Shown here piece after piece: positions 25,607 to 38,559 of a stretch of DNA of 64,000 nt; the stretch's first letter is position 1; each line of letters begins with the position of its first letter. The notes below the pieces were generated by a model that saw nothing but the letters and a program-made list of their open reading frames with translations, ran no database searches and was not told the DNA's origin. Both the position numbers and the translations under genes were made by a program. Origin of the DNA: Eledone cirrhosa (lineage: Eukaryota); assembly GCA_964016885.1 (NCBI GenBank), contig OZ024741.1, positions 344,782,001 to 344,846,000 on the forward strand, written 5' to 3'.

Positions 25607-26470
25607 ACCAGCCCACACTGTAAAGTGGTCATGTAGATGTCACAACAAAAAGCACCCAGCCCACACTGTAAAGTGGTCATGTAGATGTCACAACAAAAAG
25701 CACCCAGCCCACACTGTAAAGTGGTCATGTAGATGTCACAACAAAAAGCACCCAGCCCACACTGTAAAGTGGTCATGTAGATGTCACAACAAAAAGCACC
25801 CAGCCCACACTGTAAAGTGGTCGTGTAGAAGTCACAACAAAAAGCACCCAGCCCACACTGTAAAGTGGTCATGTAGATGTCACAACAAAAAGCACCCAGC
25901 CCACACTGTAAAGTGGTCATGTAGATGTCACAACAAAAAGCACCCAGCCCACACTGTAAAGTGGTCGTGTAGAAGTCACAACAAAAAGCACCCAGCCCAC
26001 ACTGTAAAGTGGTCATGTAGATGTCACAACAAAAAGCACCCAGCCCACACTGTAAAGTGGTCATGTAGATGTCACAACAAAAAGCACCCAGCCCACACTG
26101 TAAAGTGGTCGTGTAGAAGTCACAACAAAAAGCACCCAGCCCACACTGTAAAGTGGTCATGTAGATGTCACAACAAAAAGCACCCAGCCCACACTGTAAA
26201 GTGGTCATGTAAAAGACATGGTAAAAAGCACCCAGCCCACACTGTAAAGTGGTCATGTAAAAGACATGGTAAAAAGCACCCAGCCCACACTAAAGTGGTC
26301 ATGTAAAAGACATGGTAAAAAGCACCCAGCCCACACTAAAGTGGTCATGTAAAAGACATGGTAAAAAGCACCCAGCCCACACTAAAGTGGTCATGTAAAA
26401 GACATGGTAAAAAGCACCCAGCCCACACTAAAGTGGTCATGTAAAAGACATGGTAAAAAGCACCCAGCAC
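25607..26470 (+). repeat. 48-bp then 46-bp minisatellite expanded inside an RTE 3'UTR
   Basis: Unit CCAGCCCACACTGTAAAGTGGTCATGTAGATGTCACAACAAAAAGCAC; runs into the RTE 3' end and (GAT)n tail at ~26640. Confidence 0.95.
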
Positions 26471-27142
26471 ACACTGTAAATGTGGTTGGCGCTAGGAAGG
26501 GCATCCATCTGTAGAAAACCAGCCAGAAACAGTCCTATATGAGTGAAACATGGTCACCCGACCCAATTTGCTTCTAAATGGGACAAACCCATCCAACCCA
26601 TGCTAGCGTGGAAGATGGACGTTAAATGATGATGATGATGATATATATATATATGGTATGGTGTGGTGTGGTCCTGTAACTCCTGATGTAGTTGTAAGGG
26701 TGGCATAGTGGCATACAGCATTTCTTGGCCATTTTAAGCCTGGTTGAGCCCATCCCTCTCCAGGTGTGAACACTGCAGATTTCTTTCAGAGAAGGATAGA
26801 AGGTGCAAAAGAGATATAGAGGAAGAATCGACCCTAGTACTACACTGGTACTTTTATTTATCAATCTTGAAAGGGTGAAAAGGCTAAGTTGACCTCGGCA
26901 GGATTTGAAGTCAAGGAGCAGAGAGCTACATATTCTGCAAAGCATTCTATCCAAGATTCTAACAACTCTGCCAATTTACTGTTTTCTTATGTATATATAA
27001 AGGAAGGTAACATCATTGTATATCCATATAGAAATATATAGAAACAGAGATGTATTCTCATATATGCATATACTGTTATATATATGTGTGAGTGTGTATG
27101 TGTGCATATATATATGTGTGTGTGTGTATATATATATATATA

Positions 27143-27213
<71 letters not shown>

Positions 27214-27829
27214 GTGTGTGCGTGTATATGAATATATATATATTGTTATACTTGGGGAAGGTCATATTGTTGTAATAATATTGCCAGAAATAACAACAGA
27301 ACACACTCACTGTTTGGTTGGTTTTCGCTTCGCTATCTTTTATATGTCCACAGTTAATTCATTTGGTCCTCAATGTTTATCATTGACTGACCAACAGTCA
27401 AAAATACAGATATAAACACATATATATAGCCTAACAAAGTTCTTTTGTTGCAATATTATTACAACAATACAACCCTCCCCAAGTATAACAATATTTGTTT
27501 CGACACACGATTTCATATCAAAAACCTCGCAAAACAAATATATATATATATATATATATATAAAGTATACCACATACACAGTATTGTATTTTCTTATAAA
27601 TATATATAGAAAAAGAGACACATACACACACACATTGATGCCGACACAAATTTTTAGTTTACATTTGATAAAGGAAAAAAAATTATGTCAATATATTATT
27701 TTTTATTGGGAAGGGCTGTCTCGGTATTATTTCAAATTCTGAGGATTTTCCAAGGATTTGTAGATTATTCACAGGCTTCGGATTTCAATGTTTTTGTTTT
27801 GCTTTTGTTTTTGTTTTTCATTCTATTCG

Positions 27830-28265
27830 TAGTCATTCTTCTTCTTTTTCCTTTTTCTTCTTTTTCCTTTCTTCTTCCTTTTCTTTTTCCTTTCTTCTTC
27901 TTTTTTCCTTCATCTTATTTTCCCCTTTCTTCTTCTTTTTCCTTTCTTCTTCTTTTTCCTTTCTTCTTTTTCCTTTCTTCTTCTTTTCCTTTCTTATTTT
28001 TCCTTTCTTTTTCTTTTCTTATTTTTTCTTATTTTTTCTTCTTTTTCTTCTCCTTTTTTCTTTTTTTTTCTTCTCCTTTTTCTTCTCTTTCTTTTTCTAC
28101 TCTTCTTTTTTTCTTTTTTCTGCTTTCTTTTTCTTCTCATTTTTCTTTTCTTTTTCTTTTCTTTTTCTTCTATTTCTTCTTCTTCTTCTTCTTCTTCTTC
28201 TTCTTCTTCTTCTTCTTCTTCTTCTTCTTCTTCTTCTTCTTCTTCCTTCCTCCTCTTCTTCTTCC
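27830..28265. repeat. pyrimidine-rich / (TTC)n repeat
   Basis: Direct inspection. Confidence 0.9.
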
Positions 28266-28284
28266 ACCACCACCATCATCATCA

Positions 28285-29006
28285 TTGAAGGTGGTGTATT
28301 GGCAGTATCAGTAGAGCTTCAGACAACATACTTTGCCATAACTATAAGTGACATATGCAGCACAGAGTTATGGCTCTTTAAATTTTGAGTTATAATCCTG
28401 GCTGGAGTTACCTACGCCCCCTCAGCCTTACAGGGTTGATAAAATACCAGTAACACACTGAAGTCAGTTTAATCGACTCTCCCTGTCCCTTCAAAAATGA
28501 TGATGATGATGTGCTGAATGTAGAAACAATTATTGTTGTTATTATGCACCACTGGAGGGCAGTGGATTGGCAGTATCAGTAGAGGGTCGGGCGCCATGCT
28601 TTCCAGCATAGAGTTACGGCCCTTTGCGGTCTGAGTTCAAATCCCGCCGAGGTTAACTCTGCCTTTCATCCTTACGGGGGTCGATAAAATAAAGTACCAG
28701 TCACGCACTGGGGTCGATTTAAACGACTGCCTCCCCTCCAAAAAAAAATTGCTGGCCTTGTGCCTATATAAGAAACCATTATTATCATCATTATCAGGGT
28801 GGTGGATTGGCAGTATCAGTAAAGAGTCGGACACCATGCTTTGCAGCATAGAGTTACGGCCTTTTATGATCTGAGTTCAAATCCCACCGAGGTTAACTTT
28901 GGTGCTTTATTTTATCAACCCCATAAGGATGAAAGGCAGTCACGTCGATTTAATGGACTCCCCCCCTAAAATTGCTGGCCCTGTGCCTATATAAGAAACC
29001 ATTATT
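28285..29006 (+). mobile_element. three head-to-tail family A SINEs
   Basis: Heads at ~28288, 28556 and 28797; B box TGAGTTCAAATCCC. Confidence 0.85.
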
Positions 29007-29029
29007 AACCAAATATACACCCCAATCCA

Positions 29030-29730
29030 CTACCCTTACCCTATCCTCCCACTCCCACCAACACCACTCTCTCTCTGTAAAGTTGGTACCACAACATCCA
29101 GTCCAAATAAACGAGATAATGAGATCGAGATTGTGTAGGTGTCACGACAAAAAAAAAAACCACACAGTCCACGCTGTAATGTGGCCGTGTAGGCAACACG
29201 GTAAAAACCTCCCAGTCCCACACTGTAAATGTGGTTGGTGTTAGGAAGAGCATCCAGCCATAGAAAACCTGCCAGACAGTCCACGCTGTAATGTGGCCGT
29301 GTAGGCAACACGGTAAAAACCTCCCAGTCCCACACTGTAAATGTGGTTGGTGTTAGGAAGAGCATCCAGCCATAGAAAACCTGCCAGATAGTCCACGCTG
29401 TAATGTGGCCGTGTAGGCAACACGGTAAAAACCTCCCAGTCCCACACTGTAAATGTGGTTGGTGTTAGGAAGAGCATCCAGCCATAGAAAACCTGCCAGA
29501 TAGTCCACGCTGTAATGTGGCCGTGTAGGCAACACGGTAAAAACCTCCCAGTCCCACACTGTAAATGTGGTTGGTGTTAGGAAGAGCATCCAGCCATAGA
29601 AAACCTGCCAGATAGTCAGTCCTATATGAGCGAGACATGGTCACCCAACCAACCTTACCTCAAGTGAGACAACTCTCGTCTAACCCATGCTAACGTGGAA
29701 GATGGACGTTAAACGAAGATGATGATGATC
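29030..29730 (+). mobile_element. RTE 3'UTR with a four-copy 112-bp tandem expansion
   Basis: AGTCCACGCTGTAATG recurs at 112-bp spacing (~29166-29613); GATGAT tail. Confidence 0.9.
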
Positions 29731-30354
29731 ATCATCATCATCATTTTCATCAAGTCTTCTTCTGTTTAGTATTTCCTTTCAGTGTTTATATTTTAGTTTG
29801 TTGTTCACACAATGAAACTATTGTTATGGCTAAGGTCCTATTTTCTGTGCAGGTTTTAGATTATCAAATGAAATGAAATAGCATAATATCAAACGCTTCC
29901 TTCTTCTGTCTCTGGCAACCTTCACTTTCACTGCCACCATTGCCACCTCCAATACTTCTTACACAAACCAAAGATGGCACCTCTATGTTATGGCTAGATA
30001 TGCTAGAAATAATAGCCAAACAGCCCTCAAATGCCAAGAAAAAAGGGAAGGGCACATCAGATAAAAATAAATTATGATAGTCATGACTGGAATGCTTCTG
30101 ATCGTGTGACCAATCAGGTTTGACCTGAGGCTAAACAACAACAACAACAACAATAATAATAGTAATAATAATAATAATAATGATGGTTTCTGATTTAGGC
30201 ACAAGGCCAGCAATTTTGGGGGAGGGGGAGAGTTGATTAAATCTGCCTACCCCTATGCATTACTGGTACTTTATTTTATCGATCCCATCATAATAATAAT
30301 AATAATGAAAAAGAGAGCTATGTAGCCACACACCTTGCTAGAAATAGCAGCCAA

Positions 30355-30496
30355 CTCTACTACTACTACTACTACTACCTTCATCACATCATCACTACTT
30401 CTACACAAACATTACAACCACTACCACAACAACTATCACAACCATTACTGTCACCTTTATCATCATCACCATCCTCAATATCATCACCATCACCAC

Positions 30497-30527
<31 letters not shown>

Positions 30528-30790
30528 GTCGTCGTCACCGTCACCATCATCCTCATCATCATCGCCATCACCACCACCATTATCATCATCGTCACCATCA
30601 TCATTGTCACCATCATCATCATCACCATCATCATCATCACCACCATCATCATCACCATCATCACCATCATCACCATCATCATCATCATCAACAACCCCAC
30701 TGTTGGACAACCAGCACCAGTACCACAGCCACTCCCTCCAGCACTACCATCATCATCATGACCACCACAGCTATTTCAGTCTACTATCAT
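30355..30790. repeat. (CAT/CAC)n trinucleotide repeat
   Basis: Direct inspection. Confidence 0.9.
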
Positions 30791-31147
30791 CAGTCTATTT
30801 ACTATTCCTATGTCTCTACTGGAATATGGCCGACACACAGAGAAATGAAGCAGACAGTCGCACTGATGAATGAATGGATTGAGGGAAGAATGGAGGAATG
30901 GATCAATGGATAGAAGGATGAATGGATAGATGGATGGAGGGAGGGAGGGAGGGATGGATAGATAGATGGATAAATAGATAGATAGATAGATAGTTTGGTA
31001 GGTCAATAGATAGATTATATAGAGAGATTAATAGTGGATCAAATAAAGAATTCAAGAATATTTTACTAAGGTTTCTCATTCTAGTCCTCATAAATATTCC
31101 TCTCCCTCCTTCACTCTCTCTATACATATATACATATATATATATAC

Positions 31148-31196
<49 letters not shown>

Positions 31197-31198
<2 letters not shown>

Positions 31199-31380
31199 AA
31201 AAAGTATGACCCCGACGGCAGAGCTCAAGCCGTTTCGACGGCTATTTCTGGACTTAGAAAAAGCCGTCGAAACGGCTTGATCTCTGCCGTCGGGATCATA
31301 CTTTTTCCTATTTCCCACTAAGTATTGAGTACTCCGGTGCGTTATGGTCCATCTGGTGCCTTACCACAATTCCTTTGTTA
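31197..31380 (+). mobile_element. palindromic family P element
   Basis: Homologous to 14791-14984. Confidence 0.75.
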
Positions 31381-31401
31381 TATATATATATAGATAGATA
31401 G

Positions 31402-32030
31402 TTATATTTCTTTATTTGCCACAAGGGCGTATAAGAAATGGAACATTACAAGACGTAACAGTGGGGGTTTTACATAAAAATCATATAACTTTAACATTAA
31501 TAAATAACAATAAACTATATATAATAAAATAACAATTGAAATCCCCAGTAGGGGGGGAACGTTACTGCAGGGTTGTTTTACACCCCGTGGATAGAACAAC
31601 ACTCAACACCAGGAACACGTTTTGTACATAGATAGATATGTTTCTTTATTAGCCACAGGGGCACAAAAGAAGGGGACAAATACAAAGGGGGAAGTTTACA
31701 TACAATAAAAACGTGTAAAATATTATCACAAATGTAATTTAAAAGTTAATCGATTTTCCCCAATAGGAGGAGACATTTCATATGGGTAACACATACCCCC
31801 GAAAAAAATGTGCAACCCTCATCTCCAGGAGTATGAAGAGTTTGTACCCCTTTCCTCTCTTCCTCTTTTTCCTCAACCTACAGGCTGATATAGAGAGAAG
31901 GCCCATTCACTCGGGCCATTCTCGCCACTTTCACCCACCTTTCATAAAACTTGCTGGGGTACAGCACCTCTCTCTCCATCTTGATTCTTCTTCCAAAGTG
32001 GTATTTGAAAAAAAAGAATCAGTTGTTGGT
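31402..32030 (-). mobile_element. two adjacent 3' ends of L1/Tx1-like LINEs
   Basis: Each ends on the minus strand in TGTGGC.AATAAAGAAA.ATA next to (CTAT)n; coding remnant FFKYHFGRRIKMEREVL..FYERW; copy at 36720-36915. Confidence 0.5.
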
Positions 32031-32197
32031 AGATAGATAGATATGAAATAAATATCGTTTTTTACAAAAACAATATAAAAAAATTATAAAGATAGGTGGA
32101 GAAGTTAAACACAGCTCAAAATAGAGTAATTTATTATAATAGTAATACAGAAGGCTGAGAGAATTCAAGAATATTTTACTATATATATATATAATGG

Positions 32198-32279
32198 ATA
32201 ACATCTCTGTTTGATGAATGATCTAGACATATATTTATATTGTCTAGGCTCCTGAAACCTTTGGTAATGGAATAGTTAT
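32198..32279 (+). ncRNA. hammerhead motif, degenerate core (TTGATGA)
   Basis: Homologue of the intact motif at 41612-41693. Confidence 0.6.
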
Positions 32280-32321
32280 ATATTGTTTGTTCACTTTCTA
32301 ATTATATATATATATATATAT

Positions 32322-32541
32322 AACGAAGGAAGTGTGGTAAGGAACCAGATGGACCAGAACGCACCAGAGTCCTCAATACTTAGGGAAGTAGAGTGGGTAA
32401 TAGGAAAATGCTCAACTCCGCAACGGCAGAGCTCAAGCCGTTTTGACGGCTATTTCTGGACTCAAGTCTATTTCTGACTCGAGTCCAGAAATACCTGTCG
32501 AAACGGCTTGAGCTCTACCATCGGGGTCTTGAATAATTTCC
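32322..32541 (-). mobile_element. palindromic family P element
   Basis: Reverse copy of 14791-14984 with a longer central loop. Confidence 0.7.
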
Positions 32542-32548
32542 TATATAT

Positions 32549-32890
32549 CTAGGGCGGGTAAAATTCCTGAGATCCATGGACTAGTTCTCTCCAGTGGTCT
32601 CTGTCCCTCGTCATAGCAGCCATGTACTGCGTCTCCAACAGACCAGTGTCTGTCCTTAGGGCATCAACATACGTTAACCTTGATCTTCCTCTTCCAGTGT
32701 GTCCATGCAGGGGCTCCCACAGGAGCACTGAGTGCAGTGTCAACTCTGGATGTCGGTGAGCATGTCCAGCTAACCTCAGTCTCCTCTGTGTCACATTTGA
32801 GCTGACTTTTGGGAGGCTCCCATACAGCTCTGGGTTTTTCATCCTCAGTGTATACTGATTAATGTTCAGAGCCATCCTCAGCATTCTCGA
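32549..32890 (-). pseudogene. RTE-type LINE 3' fragment (same family as 24412)
   Basis: ORF 32549-32899: QRRLRLAGH..GRGRSRLTY. Confidence 0.85.
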
Positions 32891-33379
32891 GAGTGGCAAT
32901 CACGACGATGGCAGTGGCAATCATGACGACAAGAAAGTGTCATGTGTATTTGTATACTTATTTATTTATATTACTCTCAGTAACTCTGTATAAAACACAA
33001 GGTCCTGGTTTCTAAACCGACTTTTGGCCCTGTAATTATTTCTCCAAAGTTAATCATACCTTTAATCCTGTGTCATTTGTATCTATATGCTTAAAATTTA
33101 TGAAATTATTTCCTAAAAACACATTATTAAAATATCATTCTTATCTTTAATCTCTTTCATGTCTCAGTAATCAACATAAACTATAGGGTTTCTCTTATGC
33201 AAAAACTATTAATTCATCAAGATGAACATTTTCCAGTTTGTATAATTGTTCTTCATATATCCAATAGTCTTGAATCCCCAAAATTAAGTAGGTTCAGCAC
33301 AACAGCTGTTACTCTTGATGGCACTAGTCCACTATATATATATATATATCTATGTGTGTGTTATGTGTGTGTGTGTGTC

Positions 33380-34710
33380 CAGACTTCTCAAACCTCTCCT
33401 TCACACTTCATTCAGACACGTAGACAGCTCACAAGAAGTTGTTAACAGACTAAAAGAACTTGACCCCACCACACTTGGACAGAATAGATAACCATTTAGT
33501 TTAGATGTGGTTTCCCTCTACATTTCTGTCCCCACCTCCCTCAGCCATTGACCTAATTACAGTCAACATCATCGCCTCTATTGTCCTCAGTTGTTTTGGA
33601 TTCACTGCTGCTGACATCCGCAAACACCTTTTTCCAGTTTCAGGGCCCCGTAAACAAACAAATCTGAGCACTTCCATTGGGATCGAGTCTTTCAGGTCTG
33701 CTGGCCATCATGTACATGGACCAGTTGGAGTGCACAGTACTCACCACCTGCTGCTCTTGCTCCTTCTTCTCCAGGTATCATCATCATCACCATATTATGG
33801 CCATTCTTCCATGCTAGCGTGGGTTAGACGGGTTGTTCTGTTGTGGGCAATGTCAGGTCGGGTGATCTTGTCTTGCTCATATGGTGAATGATATCCTTAT
33901 GCTCACTTCATCACATGAAGAAGCTGTCAAGATCTACAACATCTTAATAAGCATTCAAATTTCAGGTTGAACATCCAGATACTACTGAATCCCTCTCTCT
34001 ACTAGACTATACACTAAGAAGAGGAAGGAATCTATATACACCAAATTTTACCGGAAAGATGCCTGCAGAGACATTTTTGTGTGCCACAACTCCCAACTGG
34101 CACACTCAAAACCCTCATTGAGGTGACAGCTCCAAAGACACCAACCTATGTACAGCGATATATGCACACTTCCTAATTATCCCATCAACAATGTCATCTA
34201 TAAGATCATATGCAAAAAAATGCTGCTCCTCATACATCGGAAGTACCATAACAAGGCTACGCATACAGATCCAGGAACACATGACAATGAGAGCCTCTTC
34301 TGTTAAAAAATATCTCGACAGATGGTGCAACCAAGATATCGATATCACCATAGAGGTGACTTGAAGAAATATAGGAAATTTAAGGATTAAGGAGGCCATT
34401 TTTATCAGTCAAATAAAACCAGAGATAAATAATAGGTCAGAAATGCACAAGGAAGAATGATCACTGTAGCAACCCCATGCATGCACATGCGTTTTACAAA
34501 CACATAGACCAGTTAGGAAGAAAAGTCTAACCACTTGTTTCTTTTATCTTGGACTGTTTCAGCTTCACATCAGAAAAGAGGGTTATAACCCTGAAATATC
34601 ATGCTAAAATACACTGGGTAAAACATTACTTTGTTTTGCTTCATTTGTCATCTACTCTTCGTATTTTTCTACTGCATTGTACTAACTTAACAAAAATTAT
34701 CAGTCTTTTA
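33380..34710 (+). mobile_element. decayed Penelope-like element (RT + GIY-YIG endonuclease + putative pLTR), interrupted by an RTE tail at ~33778-33890
   Basis: PFSLDVVSLYISVP (RT motif A), FQVEHPD..SLSLLD..KFYRK, then NVIYKIICKKCCSSYIGST..RL..IQEH..IKEAIFI..KPEINNR; degenerate hammerhead-like motif at 34568-34603. Confidence 0.85.
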
Positions 34711-35083
34711 CTATATATATATATGTATGTGTGTGTGTGTGTATATATATTATGTATTAGATAAAAAATGTTTTTATTGCATATGCTTCAAAGATGATTC
34801 ACTCAAGATCTTAACTAGTGTGATAAACCTGACTCCAGTATGAATTGGCTCATTAGTTGATAAAGACCTTGCACCAATCATCTGTGAAACATATGTAACA
34901 TTTCATATGCAATAAAAACATTTTAAAGTGAAACTTTGTTAGCTCATGCATAATATATACACTCTGCTATAGCACCAAGTGCTCATATCACCGCTAGGGA
35001 TAATCGAACTCCATATCTCTGAAATTCCGGTTGAGTGCTAGATAAGATCATATATAGATACTCCTGGAATCCAGGTTTCTTAA

Positions 35084-35294
35084 CCCTTTAGCATTTAAAC
35101 CAGCTGTATCCAGCCAGAATTCTTTCACCTTTTTCTGCTTAAACTGGCTGCTCATATTTATGTTAAGGTATTGTTCTCAAAATAAATAATATCAAAATCT
35201 CATAGATTCGATATTATATGAGATAATTATATGAAATAAAGTGTTTACCATGAAAATACAATTGTAAATATAGAGTAATGTAAATGCTAAAGGG
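35084..35294. mobile_element. piggyBac-type MITE
   Basis: TTAA-CCCTTTAGCATTTA...TAAATGCTAAAGGG-TTAA. Confidence 0.9.
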
Positions 35295-35571
35295 TTAAAT
35301 GAGTTACCATTTAAGAAACCTGAGAGTTTGGGGCATCTATATAATTTAGCTAAATAGTAAAGCTGTTGAAGCATCTGAATACCTTCTGGTGTTTATTCTG
35401 GCTATCGACACTTTTCCTGCAAAGCCTGCCATGCCATGCTCAATTAAGTTTTTTTAACTTTTTGTCGAGGTGGTGGGTGGGGAGGTCAATAAATAAAGTA
35501 TCAACCCAATATTGTGATCAATTCTTCTACCTCTCTCTCTCCCTCTCTTGCTCTCTCTTGCTCTCTCTCCA

Positions 35572-35603
<32 letters not shown>

Positions 35604-36023
35604 TCTATTTTCCTACATATATCTTCCTATTAATGTCTATCTATTTAGTTAACTGTTTACCTACCAATCTATTTCTCTCTCTCTCTCTCACTATATATAT
35701 ATATATATATATATAGGAAGGGCATCCAGCCGTAGAAGACCAGCCAGAAACAGACACATGGTCACCCAACCCAACTTGTCTTTAAATGGGACAAACCCGT
35801 CTAACCGATGCTCGTGTGGAAGATGGACGTTAGATGATGATATATATATATATATATCTATCTCTTTCTCTTTCCCTGGAAGAAATTGATGGTGATCAAA
35901 CCTAGCTAGGGAAGTCCTCTGCTAGGTGTTGTATGTGATCAAAGGCAGGCTGTAGGACCCAATGTGGGAAGTTTGATAGAAAAATGGCTGCATAGATGAA
36001 CATTCTGAGGGATATGTGTCTGT

Positions 36024-36330
36024 ATCATCATCATCATCACTGTTTTACGTCCGTTCTTCCACGCTAGCATGAGTTAGACAGGTTGTCCTGTTGTGGGCAG
36101 TGTCCAGTCGGCTGACCATGCCTTGCTCATACGGGAACTGATTCTGGCTTGATATCTACAGCTGGACGCCCTTCCTAACACCAACCTCATTTACAGTGAG
36201 TGGTGGGTGCTTTTTTTCCGTGGCGCCTACACGTTCACTTTACAGTGTGGGCTGGGTGCTTTTTGCCGCGGCACCTCCACGACCACTTTGCAGTGGGGGG
36301 GGGGGGGGGGGCATATTGTCTATATGCTTC
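36024..36330 (-). mobile_element. RTE 3'UTR fragment
   Basis: Matches 17667-17980. Confidence 0.9.
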
Positions 36331-36339
36331 AGATTGTTG

Positions 36340-36633
36340 ATATTTAAATATATATGGATAGAAAAATATGTAATTGGATAAAGAAATACATGAAGGGATA
36401 GAGTGATAATGATATATATAAACAGAAATATAGATCATAGATGGCCAGTATGATATGTTATGTATACTTATATAATTATATAGAAACTGCAATAAAATAA
36501 CAAATATATAGACCACTTGATAGAATGGTAGGTAGTTAGACAGACATATAGATAAACAGACAGACAGAGATAAATTGGTAAATAATTAGACAGATAAATG
36601 GATAAATAGCTAAGTAGCTAGCTAACTATTTCA

Positions 36634-36690
<57 letters not shown>

Positions 36691-37300
36691 TTGATAGGTA
36701 AATAGATAAATATATATAAGATATGTTTCTTTATTAGCCACAGGGGCACAAAAGAAGGGGACAAATACAAAGGGGGAAGTTTACATACAATAAAAATGTG
36801 TAAAATATTATCACAAATGTAATTTAAAAATTAGTCGATTTTCCCCAATAGGGAGAGACATTTCATATGGGTAACACATACCCCCGAAAAAAAAATGTGC
36901 AACCCTCATCTCCAGTGTTGATAGACAAAAATAAGCAGATATTTATAGGAAAATAGGTAGATAGATGGATAAATATATAGATTGGTAAATAGATAGACAT
37001 ATTGGTAAGTAAATAGATATGTTTCTTTATTATTGGTAAGTAAATAGATAGATAGACATGTATGTATGTTGATAGACAAAAATAGGCAGATATTTATAGG
37101 AAAATAGATAGATTGGTAGATAGGTTGGTTGATAGATGGATAAATATATAGATAGGTAAATAGATAGACATATTGGTAAACAAATAGAGATAGATATGTA
37201 TGTAAATATGTAGGTAGATGGATAGATAGATATGTAAATATGTAGGTAGATGGATAGATGGATAGATAGATAGATAAATATAGATGGTTGTGTAGGTAGA
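36340..37300. repeat. degenerate (GATA)n region with a Tx1-like 3' fragment at 36720-36915
   Basis: Direct inspection; identity to 31638-31826. Confidence 0.75.
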
Positions 37301-37336
37301 AGAAGAGAGAGCGAGTGCAGAAAAAGATCAATAGAG

Positions 37337-37510
37337 ATGGCTTGGCTTTATTATAGACACACAGACAGACTGATGGACACACAGACAGAATGCTGTGCAG
37401 GCAGACAGGCAGTTCGTCATAGTCATATACAGACGAATGATTCCGAATTCGAGGAGAATTCGATGCCGTTCTTTCCAGCGTTTATCATATCGGAGACGAC
37501 AGAGAGTTAG
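37337..37510 (+). CDS. candidate short coding exon or ORF of an unknown host gene
   Basis: High-complexity, CpG-rich island; ORF MAWLYYRHTDRLMDTQTECCAGRQAVRHSHIQTNDSEFEENSMPFFPAFIISETTES with a possible donor GTTAGT at 37506. Confidence 0.3.
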   Translation: MAWLYYRHTDRLMDTQTECCAGRQAVRHSHIQTNDSEFEENSMPFFPAFIISETTES

Positions 37511-37910
37511 TATTAACCTTTGTGAGAGTATTTCTGTCTGTCTACTCCTGATGTTGTTGTTGTTGGTAGTGTATGTTGTTGTTATTGCTTCTGTTGTTGT
37601 ATTGTGGTGGTGGTTGTGTGGGGAGGGAGGGGGAGGATTATGTGTTTCATTCATTTTTGTTGTTGTTGTTGTTGTTGCTTTTGGTGGGGGTGGGGGGGAC
37701 AATTCTTGTTTATTTTCTTCATCTTCATATACCTTCTTCTTCTTGCTGTTGTTGTTATTTCACCCACATACCATTCCTCTGATTGAGCAGACTTATCACC
37801 AAAATATTGTTCCATCCATGACCATCCTATATATATAGATATATGTGTGTGTGTATGTGTGTGTGTATATAAATATATGTATGTGTGTGTATATAACACA
37901 TTTAATATAG

Positions 37911-37953
37911 TCCTGATGATTTCCTTTGAATGAAACAGTTCTAGTCCTGTAGA
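37911..37953 (+). ncRNA. hammerhead motif (intact core, eroded stem I)
   Basis: TC-CTGATGA-TTTCCTTTGAAT-GAAA-CAG(TTCTAGTC)CTG-TA-GA; related copy at ~42338-42385. Confidence 0.55.
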
Positions 37954-38559
37954 AGCCATTTCTATATTAAATTTGTTGTATACACTCTACTAATGTATTG
38001 AGTATGTTACTTACTGTGGTTACCGCTATTGAACCTAGGGGACACACACATATATATGTATATATATATATATATATATATTCAATCCTAATGTATCTCA
38101 GACTACACTATCCTTTCCAATATGTCCTTCATTTTATTTATTTATTTATTTATTTTAGTATTTTTAGATAGTAGGTTGTGATATGAATAATATCAATGAA
38201 TATTTGACTGCTATTTCTAGCAAGTTCAACGACCATGTAGTAGGCCCTTTACTGGACCCAAGTTGTAATTGTTGTTGATACAACCTGGTTATCATCGTTG
38301 TTGCTGTTATCGTCGTTTAACCCTAGGTTGGCACTGATAGAGTATACATATGATCAAAACCATTCCAACAGTGACCATCCCTAATTTTTCTGTATGACTA
38401 TGACTGCCTTATCCAATGTGGATTTAGCTTCTTTTTTTCCTCTTTTGTTTTTTATTGGGGGGGGGGGGGGGTTTCAAGATGGTCAGATGTGATATGTGAT
38501 TTGAAGATAATTTAACTGCTTTCTTTAGCAGGTCAAGCAACTGTCTAGAGGGTCTATCT

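Noticed and set aside
25607-26470. CRISPR-like regular array and 228-aa repeat ORF
   Set aside because: Contiguous units with no unique spacers, no cas genes, eukaryotic context; derived from an RTE 3'UTR.
30335-30913. Poly-His / poly-Asp protein
   Set aside because: (CAT/CAC)n microsatellite with no splice or domain evidence.
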